This document shows, piece by piece, positions 8,057 through 17,852 of a DNA stretch of 17,852 nt; positions within the stretch are counted from its first letter, which is position 1; each line of letters opens with the position of its first letter. The notes beneath the pieces were generated by a model. That model saw only the letters and a program-made list of their open reading frames with translations. It was not told the origin of the DNA and did no database searches. The DNA lies in assembly GCA_041736305.1 (NCBI GenBank), contig JBGSTX010000141.1, positions 1-17,852 on the forward strand, given 5' to 3'. Source of the DNA: Oligoflexus sp. GTDB lineage: Bacteria > Bdellovibrionota_B > Oligoflexia > Oligoflexales > Oligoflexaceae. Both the position numbers and the translations under genes were made by a program.

Positions 8057-9628
8057 TCATTCCCATTCAATCGTCGCCGGTGGCTTAGTCGTCACATCGT
8101 AGACCACGCGATTGATTCCATGAACTTTTCTAACAATCTCGTCCCCCACGCTGACGAGGAAACTAATCGGAAGATCGCCCACGCCAGCCGTCATCCCATC
8201 GGATGCGGTTACCGCTCGCAAAGCACAAACTTCCTGGTAGCTCCGATTGTCGCCCATTACACCTACCGACTTTACCGGTAGAAGTACTGCAAAGGCCTGC
8301 CAAACGCTGTGATAGAGGTTCTCTGCTCGCAGGCGACGGATGAAAATATCATCCGCTTCCTGCAGAATTTTGACCTTTTCCGGCTCAATACTTCCCAGTA
8401 TCCGCACGGCGAGACCGGGTCCTGGAAAAGGATGCCGATCGACTAGTTCGGGTGCGATCCCTAGCGTTCTGCCAATGATTCTGACTTCATCTTTAAATAG
8501 AAAGCGGAAGGGCTCGACGAGTTCCAGATGCAGTTTTTCGGGCAAACCGCCAACATTGTGATGACTCTTGATCACTTTCGCACCAGAACCATGGCCAGCC
8601 GACTCGATAACGTCCGGGTAGAGAGTCCCCTGACCGAGGTGAGTAAAGCCTTGGTGTTGATGGGCGAACTGCTCGAAGACTTCGATAAATGAACGACCGA
8701 TAATTTTCCGCTTTTGCTCAGGATCGCTAACTCCGCGCAGAGCGCTGTAAAACAAATCGGAGCGATCGAGAGTGGTGAGATGAACGCCCAAACTCTTGAG
8801 ATTTTCACCAACCCAGGCCGCTTCGTTCTTCCGCAGAAGGCCGTGGTCAACAAAGACCGCATGGACCTTATCATGGCCTAGCGCTCGAGTCAGGAGTGCA
8901 GCTGCGACCGTCGAGTCAACGCCGCCTGAAACGGCCATAAGTACCTTGCCAGCCCCAACATTCTGCCGAACTTTCTCGACGGCTGAATCCAACATACACG
9001 AGGCTTCCCAGTTGAGAGGAGCTCGGCAAATGTCGGCGATAAAAATCTTGAGAAGCGCAGCGCCATCATCGGAGTGATGAACTTCTGGGTGAAATTGCAG
9101 CCCAATCCAAGGCCGCTCGCGATGGGCGGTGAAAGCGACGACGCCGTCGGTAGTCTTGCCAAGAATAGCAAAAGTACCGCTCTTATCGGCCACATCATCG
9201 CCGTGGCTCATCCATACTGTTTGAAGAGCGGGAAGCTTAGCAAAAGGGCGTGCATAGTCTGGTGCTTCTTCGCATTGCAGGAGAAGTTGGGCGCGACCAT
9301 ATTCGCGCTGGTGTCCGCTTCGCAGCTGACCTCCAGAAAGCCCTGCTAATAGCTGCATTCCGTAGCAGATACCAAGGATAGGGCGGTCACTTTCAGTAAC
9401 CCAGCTAGGCAGTGAACGGGCACCTACATCGCTTGCGGTGTCGGGACCGCCCGAGAGTATGATGCCATGAAACTTGAAATCAGCGAGCGGCTTTTGGCTA
9501 GTACCGTCGATAACTTCCGAATAGACCCCGAGTTCGCGGAGACGTCTGGCAATTAAAAGAGTGTATTGCGAACCGTAATCGAGAATGATGATGCCTTCGT
9601 TTACCGGACGCTGCGTAGTGGCCTTCAT
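8057..9628 (-). CDS. guaA: GMP synthase (glutamine-hydrolysing)
   Basis: ILDYGSQY, GATase triad GICYGMQ / QFHPEV, SGGVDS PP-loop, IKSHHNVGG, RHPFPGPGL and C-terminal KPPATIEWE. Confidence 0.98.
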   Translation of the reverse strand: MKATTQRPVNEGIIILDYGSQYTLLIARRLRELGVYSEVIDGTSQKPLADFKFHGIILSGGPDTASDVGARSLPSWVTESDRPILGICYGMQLLAGLSGGQLRSGHQREYGRAQLLLQCEEAPDYARPFAKLPALQTVWMSHGDDVADKSGTFAILGKTTDGVVAFTAHRERPWIGLQFHPEVHHSDDGAALLKIFIADICRAPLNWEASCMLDSAVEKVRQNVGAGKVLMAVSGGVDSTVAAALLTRALGHDKVHAVFVDHGLLRKNEAAWVGENLKSLGVHLTTLDRSDLFYSALRGVSDPEQKRKIIGRSFIEVFEQFAHQHQGFTHLGQGTLYPDVIESAGHGSGAKVIKSHHNVGGLPEKLHLELVEPFRFLFKDEVRIIGRTLGIAPELVDRHPFPGPGLAVRILGSIEPEKVKILQEADDIFIRRLRAENLYHSVWQAFAVLLPVKSVGVMGDNRSYQEVCALRAVTASDGMTAGVGDLPISFLVSVGDEIVRKVHGINRVVYDVTTKPPATIEWE

Positions 9629-9645
9629 CGAGGCGGTCCCCTTCT

Positions 9646-11211
<1,566 letters not shown>

Positions 11212-11221
11212 TTAAGGCGCG

Positions 11222-11250
11222 ATACTAGCACTTCGATCGGCGCCAGCCAA
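11222..11250 (-). promoter_or_regulatory. Putative sigma70 promoter for guaBA
   Basis: Minus strand reads TTGGCT-N17-TAGTAT with a TG extended -10 (TGC-TAGTAT), about 100 nt upstream of the guaB ATG. Confidence 0.45.
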
Positions 11251-11365
11251 GAGTCAAGCTCGAAAGAAGAACACGCGTTAAGGAGGAGGATTTCTTGCGC
11301 TTCTAGGCGAGTTCCGATAAAAGGCATCTTTGGCGGTATTACCCACTCAATCTCGAGGCATGATT

Positions 11366-12964
11366 GTGCATCAGAAGCAACTAGAACAGGAAATTGCCAA
11401 GCGGCGTACCTTTGCGATCATTTCGCACCCGGATGCCGGCAAAACTACGATTACCGAGAAGCTGCTTCTGTACGGTGGAGCTATCAATATGGCCGGATCA
11501 GTTAAGGCTAAACGCTCCAAAAAATTTGCAACGTCCGACTGGATGGAACTCGAAAAACAGCGTGGGATATCTGTTACCAGTTCGGTCATGAAATTTCCCT
11601 ATCTCGGCCATGAAATGAATCTGATCGATACCCCCGGTCACCAGGATTTTTCCGAAGATACCTATCGGACTCTAACTGCCGTCGACAGCGCACTCATGCT
11701 CATCGATGCTGCCAACGGTGTCGAAGAACAGACCAAGAAACTTTTTTCTGTCTGCGCACAAAGACGTACGCCGGTTCTTGCTTTTATCAACAAAATGGAC
11801 CGCGAAGGACGCGAACCTTTCGAACTCCTTGAGGAAATTGAATCGGTACTCGGCATCCGTGTGTCACCCATTACCTGGCCAATTGGTATGGGCCCCTCAT
11901 TTCGAGGCGTCTATCACCGCCTTGAAAACCAGCTCCTTCTTTACGAAAAAGGTGCCGAACGTTCCCGCCCTGTACCTTTAATAGGGCTGACTTTAGAAGC
12001 TCCCGAAGTTGTGCAGGAACTGGGCGAAGAGCTTGCCGCCCAGTTGAAATTAGAGATCGAGTTGCTCGATGGAGCGGGCGACAAGTTCGACCTTGAACGC
12101 TATCGGAAAGGCGAATTGGCTCCCGTGTTTTTCGGTTCGGCTCTGAATAACTTTGGTCTCGAGCCATTATTGAAGGCGCTGATAGATATCGCGCCGGAGC
12201 CAACTCCTCGTGAAGCACAAGAAAGAGTCGTCGAGCCTCGGGAAGAAAAATTTACCGGCTTTATATTCAAGATTCAGGCAAATATGGACCCCCAGCATCG
12301 CGATAGGGTAGCCTTTGTCCGCATTTGTTCAGGCTACTTCCAACGAGGTATGAAAGCCTACATTGTTCGCCTCGGTAAGGAGCAAAGGCTCGGGCGGCCA
12401 ACTCAATTCATGGCTCAAGACAGAAGCCTTGTCGATGAGGCTTTCGCAGGCGATATCGTCGGTATCCACGATCCAGGCGTATTTAAGATCGGTGACACTC
12501 TCACAGAGGGCGAGTCGCTGCACTATACGGGAGTTCCTGTCTTTGCTCCAGAACATTTCTGCCGGGTTTCACTGGCGGATCCTTTGAAGAGTAAGCAGCT
12601 CTATAAAGCCTTAGACCAACTCTCCGAAGAAGGTGCAGTCCAGGTCTTCCGGCCCGTCTATGGAACTGAGCAAATACTCGGAGTTGTGGGAGTTCTGCAG
12701 TTTGATGTCGTACAGTATAGAATTCAGCACGAATACGGCGTTAAAGTTAACTTCACTCGGCTCCCTTACTCGGCGGCGCGTTGGGTCTTCTCAGAAGATG
12801 AAAAGGCGCTTGAAGAATTCGTTCGGGCCCAAAGCTCAGTGATTTGCTTCGATCAACACGAACAGCACGCAATCTTGCTGGAAGACACCTGGCGTCTCAA
12901 GTTTCTACGTGAGCGATTCCCGAAGATCGAATACAGCGCGACCTCTGAGAATGTTGCGCAGTAA
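11366..12964 (+). CDS. prfC: Peptide chain release factor 3
   Basis: RRTFAIISHPDAGKTTITEKLL, SDWMELEKQRGISVTSSV, DTPGH, NKMD, FKIQANMDPQHRDR and GVVGVLQF. GTG 11366 is the likeliest start (GAGG at 11355-11358, 7 nt spacing); ATG 11360 is the alternative. Confidence 0.97.
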   Translation: MHQKQLEQEIAKRRTFAIISHPDAGKTTITEKLLLYGGAINMAGSVKAKRSKKFATSDWMELEKQRGISVTSSVMKFPYLGHEMNLIDTPGHQDFSEDTYRTLTAVDSALMLIDAANGVEEQTKKLFSVCAQRRTPVLAFINKMDREGREPFELLEEIESVLGIRVSPITWPIGMGPSFRGVYHRLENQLLLYEKGAERSRPVPLIGLTLEAPEVVQELGEELAAQLKLEIELLDGAGDKFDLERYRKGELAPVFFGSALNNFGLEPLLKALIDIAPEPTPREAQERVVEPREEKFTGFIFKIQANMDPQHRDRVAFVRICSGYFQRGMKAYIVRLGKEQRLGRPTQFMAQDRSLVDEAFAGDIVGIHDPGVFKIGDTLTEGESLHYTGVPVFAPEHFCRVSLADPLKSKQLYKALDQLSEEGAVQVFRPVYGTEQILGVVGVLQFDVVQYRIQHEYGVKVNFTRLPYSAARWVFSEDEKALEEFVRAQSSVICFDQHEQHAILLEDTWRLKFLRERFPKIEYSATSENVAQ

Positions 12965-12990
12965 AACTTGTGGGTGAGAGCTTATAGGAC

Positions 12991-13018
12991 AAAGAAGCCC
13001 GCTTGCGCGGGCTTCTTT
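12991..13018. terminator. Bidirectional Rho-independent terminator
   Basis: AAAGAAGCCCGC-ttgc-GCGGGCTTCTTT is a perfect 12-bp stem (GCAA tetraloop on the minus strand) between convergent prfC and the protease gene. Confidence 0.88.
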
Positions 13019-13019
13019 C

Positions 13020-14222
13020 TTAGTAACCGGCTGGCAGAATGAAACTGGTGATGCCGCGTGTAGCTCCGAGAAATTCTCTCTCATTATCGGAAGAAAATTC
13101 CCCCATATAGCCGAAAAGATAGTTCGCCTGGAGTTTGTGGTAGCCGTAGACGCCTGCGACCGGATAGCTAAATCGATCTGGTCGATCAGCACCACCCCAG
13201 GAGTTCTTGATGATAATGGAGCTGAGTTGCCCATTGCTCACCGCCAAAGCTTGGGTGGATTCGTCGACTAATCCTTCACCGACCTCAAAACTCTGGCCGT
13301 CAGCCGTAGTGCCGACAGCGGTGTAGTCTTCGATAACGGTCGAGTGATAGCCTTGATTTCCAGAACCTTTCGTCTTCACTGCGTTCAGATCAAAAGTTCC
13401 CGCGCGGGTCAGACCATTGAAATCAACGAACCAGTTGATAACTACTGGATAATTGTCATTGAGAGCACGCATGACTCTCTGCATCATTTTTACTTCCGCT
13501 TGGCTATAAACTTGAGGGAATTCAGGCAAGGAGCTTTCGGGTTTGCTAGCAGGGCCACTGCGAGCCAGTCCTACTTCTCTCACCGCGAGCAGAGAATCGG
13601 CGAGGGTGGTCGTATCAGAAGTTGCTATCTCGTTGGCCGCAAATATTTTTGATGAAACATCCTCAAGTCTGATGCCGAAAGCTTTATCGAGCTCGCTGCG
13701 AATCAATGCTGGAGTCCGCTGGCTGGCATCTTTTAAAGCCCCATTCTTGAGGCTTTCATTCAAGTAGGCCACAGCGTAGGCCTGGGTGTCGCTTTTCGTG
13801 CGATCAGCTTCCTCAGGAATAAAATCTCCTTCGTAGATCAGACCGTATCTTTGGGTCAAGCGACGGGCATACATGAAAGACCCGCCAGTGCTGATTTCGT
13901 TCGTGCCTGCAAGAAGTTGCTGCTCAAAGTGGCGATAACTAAAGTAGCTTTCAGAGAAATTGCGGGTTTCACCGCTGTGTTGGATTATAAGCGACTCGGC
14001 CCAGCCAAAAAAGGCATATATCCAACAGTTTCCGATACTTTGCCACTTGATTCCAGTGTGGGGAATGTCGACGGCATAGAGGCCATTTTCTTCGCTGTCT
14101 TCAACCAGTTCGATCTTCGGCGCTGCTGGCTGATTTTGCGGACCGCAGCCTTGAGTAGTGAGAGCGAGTCCTAGCATTGAAACACTGAGAAAATAGTCCA
14201 TACGGGAAGGTAATAATTTCAT
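13020..14222 (-). CDS. Papain-fold (clan CA, C1-like) cysteine peptidase lipoprotein
   Basis: Lipobox-like TTQGC (Cys26). Catalytic motifs WQSIGNCW (Gln61/Cys66), GYHSTVIEDY (His) and IIKNSWG (Asn), plus FSESY and GG motifs. AAGGAG RBS. Confidence 0.82.
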   Translation of the reverse strand: MKLLPSRMDYFLSVSMLGLALTTQGCGPQNQPAAPKIELVEDSEENGLYAVDIPHTGIKWQSIGNCWIYAFFGWAESLIIQHSGETRNFSESYFSYRHFEQQLLAGTNEISTGGSFMYARRLTQRYGLIYEGDFIPEEADRTKSDTQAYAVAYLNESLKNGALKDASQRTPALIRSELDKAFGIRLEDVSSKIFAANEIATSDTTTLADSLLAVREVGLARSGPASKPESSLPEFPQVYSQAEVKMMQRVMRALNDNYPVVINWFVDFNGLTRAGTFDLNAVKTKGSGNQGYHSTVIEDYTAVGTTADGQSFEVGEGLVDESTQALAVSNGQLSSIIIKNSWGGADRPDRFSYPVAGVYGYHKLQANYLFGYMGEFSSDNEREFLGATRGITSFILPAGY

Positions 14223-14409
14223 AAGATAGATCTCCTTGGATCATGACGTGATCAAAACTTGAGCTTGATGTGTGTTTAACTTCAAACTGAGGTTCGACTA
14301 AAAAAAATCTTCCTTGAGTTTTAAAGGCAGATCTTTTTGAGGAGATTTATTTTTACTGAGACTTATGAGGAGAATAGATCGGAAAAGCGGGCTAGGGAAA
14401 GGGACGAGC

Positions 14410-14724
14410 TCAACGATCTGAGGCTCGCTGGATCGAATTTGAATGACGCTTGTTTTTGCGTGAAGCGTTTTGTTTGGATTTTTTGCGTGGGCCTTTTGAA
14501 TATCGGGATTTCTTGCTACTTTTTTTCGAATATCGAGATTTCGGACTGGCTTTAGCGACCTTGGGTTTGCTCGTCTGTTTATTAAAATTGAAGGTCTTGG
14601 TGATCTTTCGCTTGGCCGAGGGCGACATCTTGTCCCATTGGTTATAACCAACGGCTAAAGCGATGACCAGCCCGATGATAATCATCTTCAGTTTGGACGC
14701 ATCGATTTTCTTAAACTTAGCCAT
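14410..14724 (-). CDS. Small membrane-anchored, highly Lys/Arg/Ser-rich hypothetical protein (104 aa)
   Basis: ATG at 14724 (MAKFKK...), hydrophobic segment MIIIGLVIALAVGY and a basic low-complexity tail. It is co-oriented with both flanking genes and fills the gap between them. Confidence 0.7.
   Translation of the reverse strand: MAKFKKIDASKLKMIIIGLVIALAVGYNQWDKMSPSAKRKITKTFNFNKQTSKPKVAKASPKSRYSKKSSKKSRYSKGPRKKSKQNASRKNKRHSNSIQRASDR
14494..14540 (-). repeat. Short in-frame tandem duplication (27-nt period) encoding KSRYSK twice
   Basis: + strand TTTTGAATATCGGGATTT vs TTTCGAATATCGAGATTT; the differences are synonymous, which supports the reading frame. Confidence 0.65.
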
Positions 14725-14899
14725 AGGACCATTTCTCTTCAAAAAGAGAGCGTCCCTCAATGAGATCGCTCTCCCCTATTAGAGCAAGGGCCGGTCCATG
14801 CTAAGCCTCTGCTTGAAGAGGCGAGATTCTAAAGCTTATTTTGCGTAAGAGTTAAGAGTGCACTGTAAAGTTTTTATACAGGCGACTAAGATTGGCCAT

Positions 14900-16396
14900 T
14901 TAGAGCTCGCGAGCCCACCCAGCCGCATGCTGCACGGCTGCTTGCCACCTTCTGTATAGGCGAGCTTCATCTTTCGCTTCCATTTTAGGCTCGTAGGCCG
15001 CATCGCGCTGCCACAGTTTGCGCAAGGCATCTGGACTTTCGAAGAACTGAGTAGCTAAACCAGCAAAGTATGCAGCCCCCAGCGCAGTTGATTCGAGTTG
15101 CTTAGGCCGTACGACCTTGGCCGATAAAATATCAGCCTGGAACTGCATCAGCTGGGGGTTGATAGAAGCACCTCCATCGACACGGAGCTCCTTAATAGGA
15201 ATACCAGCATCAGCTCGCATCGCTTCGATGACATCCCGCGATTGGAAGGCGATGGCTTCAAGAGTAGCACGAGCAATATGTTCAGGTTTGGTGCCGCGCG
15301 TAAGGCCAATTATAGTTCCCCGAGCATAGGGGTCCCAGTACGGTGCACCCAGCCCAGTAAATGCGGGTACAAAATAGACACCACCATTATCGCTCGCTCG
15401 GGCAGCCAGGGCTTCGACGTCTTTGGAATGCTCGATTAAGCCTAAGCCATCGCGTAGCCACTGAACAGCGGCGCCTCCTATAAATACTGAGCCCTCTAGC
15501 GCATATGTAATCTTTCCATCCATTTGCCAGGCTATGGTCGTAATGAGTTTATTGCGCGATTTTGTTGGTTGGCTACCCGTATTGAGCATAAGGAAACAGC
15601 CGGTTCCATACGTGTTTTTAATCATCCCTTCTTCGAGGCAAAGTTGTCCAAAGAGCGCCGCATGTTGATCACCAGCCACTCCGGCTATGGGTATGGAGGT
15701 AGCTAGAATGCCTTTATCGATGTTTCCATAGATCTCGCTCGAAGAACGAACCTGGGGCAGAAGAGAGCTTGGTATATCGAACAGTCGCAGGAGTTCATCG
15801 TCCCACTCGGCTTTATGGATGTTGAAGAGCATAGTTCGACTGGCATTTGTGATATCAGTGGCGTGTAACTTGCCCCCGCTCAGTTTCCAAATCAACCAGC
15901 TATCGATGGTGCCAAAGGCCAGGCGGCCGGCAGCGGCAGCTTCTTTTGCACCCGGGACCTCATCGAGTAGCCAGCGTATTTTTGAAGCTGAAAAGTACGC
16001 GTCTATGACCAAGCCTGTTCTTTCCTGAACACTCGTCGCATAGCCCTTGCTTTTCCACGTCTCGCAAAGCTCGGCCGTACGGCGATCTTGCCAAACGATA
16101 GCTCGATGAATAGGTTTCCCTGTCTTCCGGTCCCAGATGAGAGTCGTTTCGCGTTGATTCGTAATTCCAATTGCTTCGACTCTCTCACCAGGCTTTAGAT
16201 TTGCCACAGCGCGGCGCATGACGCTCAGTTGAGTGGTCCAGATCTGCTCTGGGTCGTGCTCAACCCATGCAGGATTTGGGTAGTGTTGTTCAAACTCCTC
16301 CTGTGCTGCTGCCTTTACCTGACCTGCCTTGTCAATAAGTAGAGCTCTGGAGCTCGTCGTGCCCTGATCGAGTGCGAGGATATAAGTTGAAGCCAT
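14900..16396 (-). CDS. glpK: Glycerol kinase
   Basis: [33 protein letters not shown] [35 protein letters not shown] and [12 protein letters not shown]. Start moved to ATG 16396 because the longer ORF start lies inside the IS end. Confidence 0.97.
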   Translation of the reverse strand: MASTYILALDQGTTSSRALLIDKAGQVKAAAQEEFEQHYPNPAWVEHDPEQIWTTQLSVMRRAVANLKPGERVEAIGITNQRETTLIWDRKTGKPIHRAIVWQDRRTAELCETWKSKGYATSVQERTGLVIDAYFSASKIRWLLDEVPGAKEAAAAGRLAFGTIDSWLIWKLSGGKLHATDITNASRTMLFNIHKAEWDDELLRLFDIPSSLLPQVRSSSEIYGNIDKGILATSIPIAGVAGDQHAALFGQLCLEEGMIKNTYGTGCFLMLNTGSQPTKSRNKLITTIAWQMDGKITYALEGSVFIGGAAVQWLRDGLGLIEHSKDVEALAARASDNGGVYFVPAFTGLGAPYWDPYARGTIIGLTRGTKPEHIARATLEAIAFQSRDVIEAMRADAGIPIKELRVDGGASINPQLMQFQADILSAKVVRPKQLESTALGAAYFAGLATQFFESPDALRKLWQRDAAYEPKMEAKDEARLYRRWQAAVQHAAGWAREL

Positions 16397-16449
16397 ACGA
16401 CGGTCTCTTCTATGTGAGTTGATCTTCCCTGCAAAAACGGACACGAGCG

Positions 16450-17331
16450 CTACGCGACAACTAACATTTTTTCTTCAGCATACGCAACTGGCGTCTTGTA
16501 TCCTAGGGACGAATGTAGACGCAGCCGATTATAGAACGCTTCTATCCATTCAAAAATTCTAAGCTTCGCCTCATCTCTTGTTTCGAAATCAACATGATGT
16601 ATGAACTCGGTTTTAAGGGTATGAAAAAAGCTCTCCATTGGAGAATTATCATAGCAATTACCACTTCGACTCATGCTCGGTGTGAATCCATATCCGACCA
16701 GCAGGCCCTGGTACTCGTAACAAGCATACTGACTCCCTCGATCGCTATGAAATATCGCATCTGGGGCCGGCTTTTGTCTTCTTAGAGCCATATGGAGCGC
16801 ATCAATAGTCAGCTGCCTGTCGATCCTATCTCCCATCGCCCAGCCTATTAGACGCCGAGAGCAAAGGTCTAAAACACCGGCTAAGTAAAGCCAGCCTTCA
16901 TTCGTAGGTATATACGTGATGTCGCCAAGCAAAAACTCGCCAAGCCTACTAGACTTAAATTCTTGGTTTAACTCGTTTTTTGCTATCGGAAAGGTATGTT
17001 TCGATTCCGTAGTGCATACCTTGAATTTGCGTTTTGTTTTTGCTCTGATTCCCATTTCCTGCATGAGTTTAGCAACAGCTTCCTCACTGATATCGTAACC
17101 ATTGTTTTTCAAATCGTGATAAATCCGAGGACTACCGCGTGATCTGTTGAAAGCCTCTTGGATTGCAGCCTTGAGCTCGGTGATCTTCTTTTGCTTGGCA
17201 TTGGGGTCTCTTGATATCCAGTCATAGTATCCGCTTCTGGAGGCACCTAGAACGTGACACATTTGATTGATATCGAATTCGTCCCTATGGTCTCTGATAA
17301 AGGCGTACTTTACTTCGGGACGTCCAGACAA
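16450..17331 (-). CDS. IS3-family transposase OrfB (rve DDE integrase core)
   Basis: DDE motifs [14 protein letters not shown] and [13 protein letters not shown], and C-terminal [16 protein letters not shown]. Probably expressed mainly as an OrfAB frameshift fusion. Confidence 0.95.
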   Translation of the reverse strand: MSGRPEVKYAFIRDHRDEFDINQMCHVLGASRSGYYDWISRDPNAKQKKITELKAAIQEAFNRSRGSPRIYHDLKNNGYDISEEAVAKLMQEMGIRAKTKRKFKVCTTESKHTFPIAKNELNQEFKSSRLGEFLLGDITYIPTNEGWLYLAGVLDLCSRRLIGWAMGDRIDRQLTIDALHMALRRQKPAPDAIFHSDRGSQYACYEYQGLLVGYGFTPSMSRSGNCYDNSPMESFFHTLKTEFIHHVDFETRDEAKLRIFEWIEAFYNRLRLHSSLGYKTPVAYAEEKMLVVA

Positions 17332-17696
17332 TAAGCCATTGCCTTTTTTAAGATATCCCTTTCTTGAGTCATGCGGCGTAGCTTTATCTCAAGCTCACGA
17401 TTACTAGCTTCGAGATCTCTTAGCCGGTCGTGCTGCTTCTGAGACGACGATGGCAGCCTGCTTTTAGATTCAGCACCTTCGTCGAGTTTTCTTGCAGGAT
17501 CAGAGTGAGGTGAGCCTACTAGCATTGACCATTCACCTCTGCGAAACTTGTATAGCCATGTGTACAAGGTATTATGAGGAACACCTAGATTCTTAGCTAC
17601 GTCTGATACACTTCTATTCTCGTTTAAAATAAGATTGACGGCCTGCTCTCGGAACTGGGGATCATAATCTTTATTGGAACGTTGCTTCTTGGACAT
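17310..17696 (-). CDS. IS3-family transposase OrfA (HTH + leucine zipper)
   Basis: YDPQFREQAV...VSDVAKNLGVPHNTLYTW is an HTH_Tnp_1 pattern, and the C-terminus has the zipper ...ERDILKKA. Confidence 0.93.
   Translation of the reverse strand: MSKKQRSNKDYDPQFREQAVNLILNENRSVSDVAKNLGVPHNTLYTWLYKFRRGEWSMLVGSPHSDPARKLDEGAESKSRLPSSSQKQHDRLRDLEASNRELEIKLRRMTQERDILKKAMAYCLDVPK
17343..17349 (-). other. Programmed -1 ribosomal frameshift heptamer A_AAA_AAG
   Basis: Minus strand TTA AAA AAG GCA in the orfA frame. A -1 slip reads [14 protein letters not shown], which is the orfB frame. Downstream pairing potential (CGTCCC/GGGACG) could act as a stimulator. Confidence 0.88.
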
Positions 17697-17852
17697 GGCT
17701 CACCTGTCTAGATTATAATTAAAACATTATAACCGGTTACCTTGTTTTAAGCTCGTGTCCGATATATCCAGGAACAAGTCAATTTTTTCCTTTTTACCGT
17801 GTTTTGGCCAACTAACAGCCTGTCCGAAAAATCCAAAACTTCAAAGTCCTAA

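Larger units (their letters stand above)
16420..17781 (-). mobile_element. IS3-family insertion sequence (about 1.36 kb)
   Basis: Overlapping orfA/orfB. Imperfect terminal IRs TGATCTTCCCTGCAAAAACGGACACGAGC (16420-16448) and TGACTTGTTCCTGGATATATCGGACACGAGC (reverse complement of 17751-17781) share an exact 11-nt core and TG...CA ends. No clean target duplication, so the ends are uncertain by a few nt. Confidence 0.88.

Noticed and set aside
14239..14253. GATCA-N5-TGATC palindrome upstream of the protease gene
   Set aside because: The arms are only 5 bp and the spacing does not match FNR or CRP, so it cannot be assigned as an operator.
14298..14651. 117-aa alternative-frame ORF overlapping the basic protein
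   Set aside because: The 14410-14724 frame has an ATG, a TM segment and synonymous-only differences in its repeat. This frame lacks such support.
14746..14822. Short inverted repeats (GAGAGCG/CGCTCTC, GCCTCT/AGAGGC) between glpK and the basic-protein gene
   Set aside because: They are short and imperfect. The first is followed by TTTT on the minus strand and might be a weak terminator, but support is insufficient.
16397..16444. N-terminal extension of GlpK ([16 protein letters not shown])
   Set aside because: It starts inside the IS inverted repeat. Homology begins at [12 protein letters not shown].

Overview
Mostly housekeeping chromosome from a moderately GC-rich Gram-negative bacterium. 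The many orphan lipoproteins and the guaB-guaA-dnaE order suggest a Bdellovibrionota/Oligoflexia-like or deltaproteobacterial lineage, but that is inference only. Left to right: the 3' end of an unknown + strand gene and a bidirectional terminator; a lipoprotein with a tandem-duplicated domain; a probable minus-strand operon of dnaE, a monofunctional PG transglycosylase (GT51) and a divergent NFACT/RqcH-family protein; a small Cys-rich exported protein; guaA and guaB; divergently transcribed prfC (RF3); a papain-fold cysteine-protease lipoprotein; a small membrane-anchored, extremely basic protein; glpK; and an IS3-family element (orfA/orfB, A6G -1 frameshift site) ending 23 bp upstream of the glpK start, with a second IR-like sequence just beyond it. 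I see no CRISPR array, rRNA/tRNA, intein or recognisable defence system, and I cannot support a new multi-gene system. The best leads are single-gene oddities: an RqcH-like protein that appears to have lost its Ala-tailing motifs, the H1-like basic membrane protein, the IS placement and duplicated end, and a long hairpin upstream of the lipoprotein gene.
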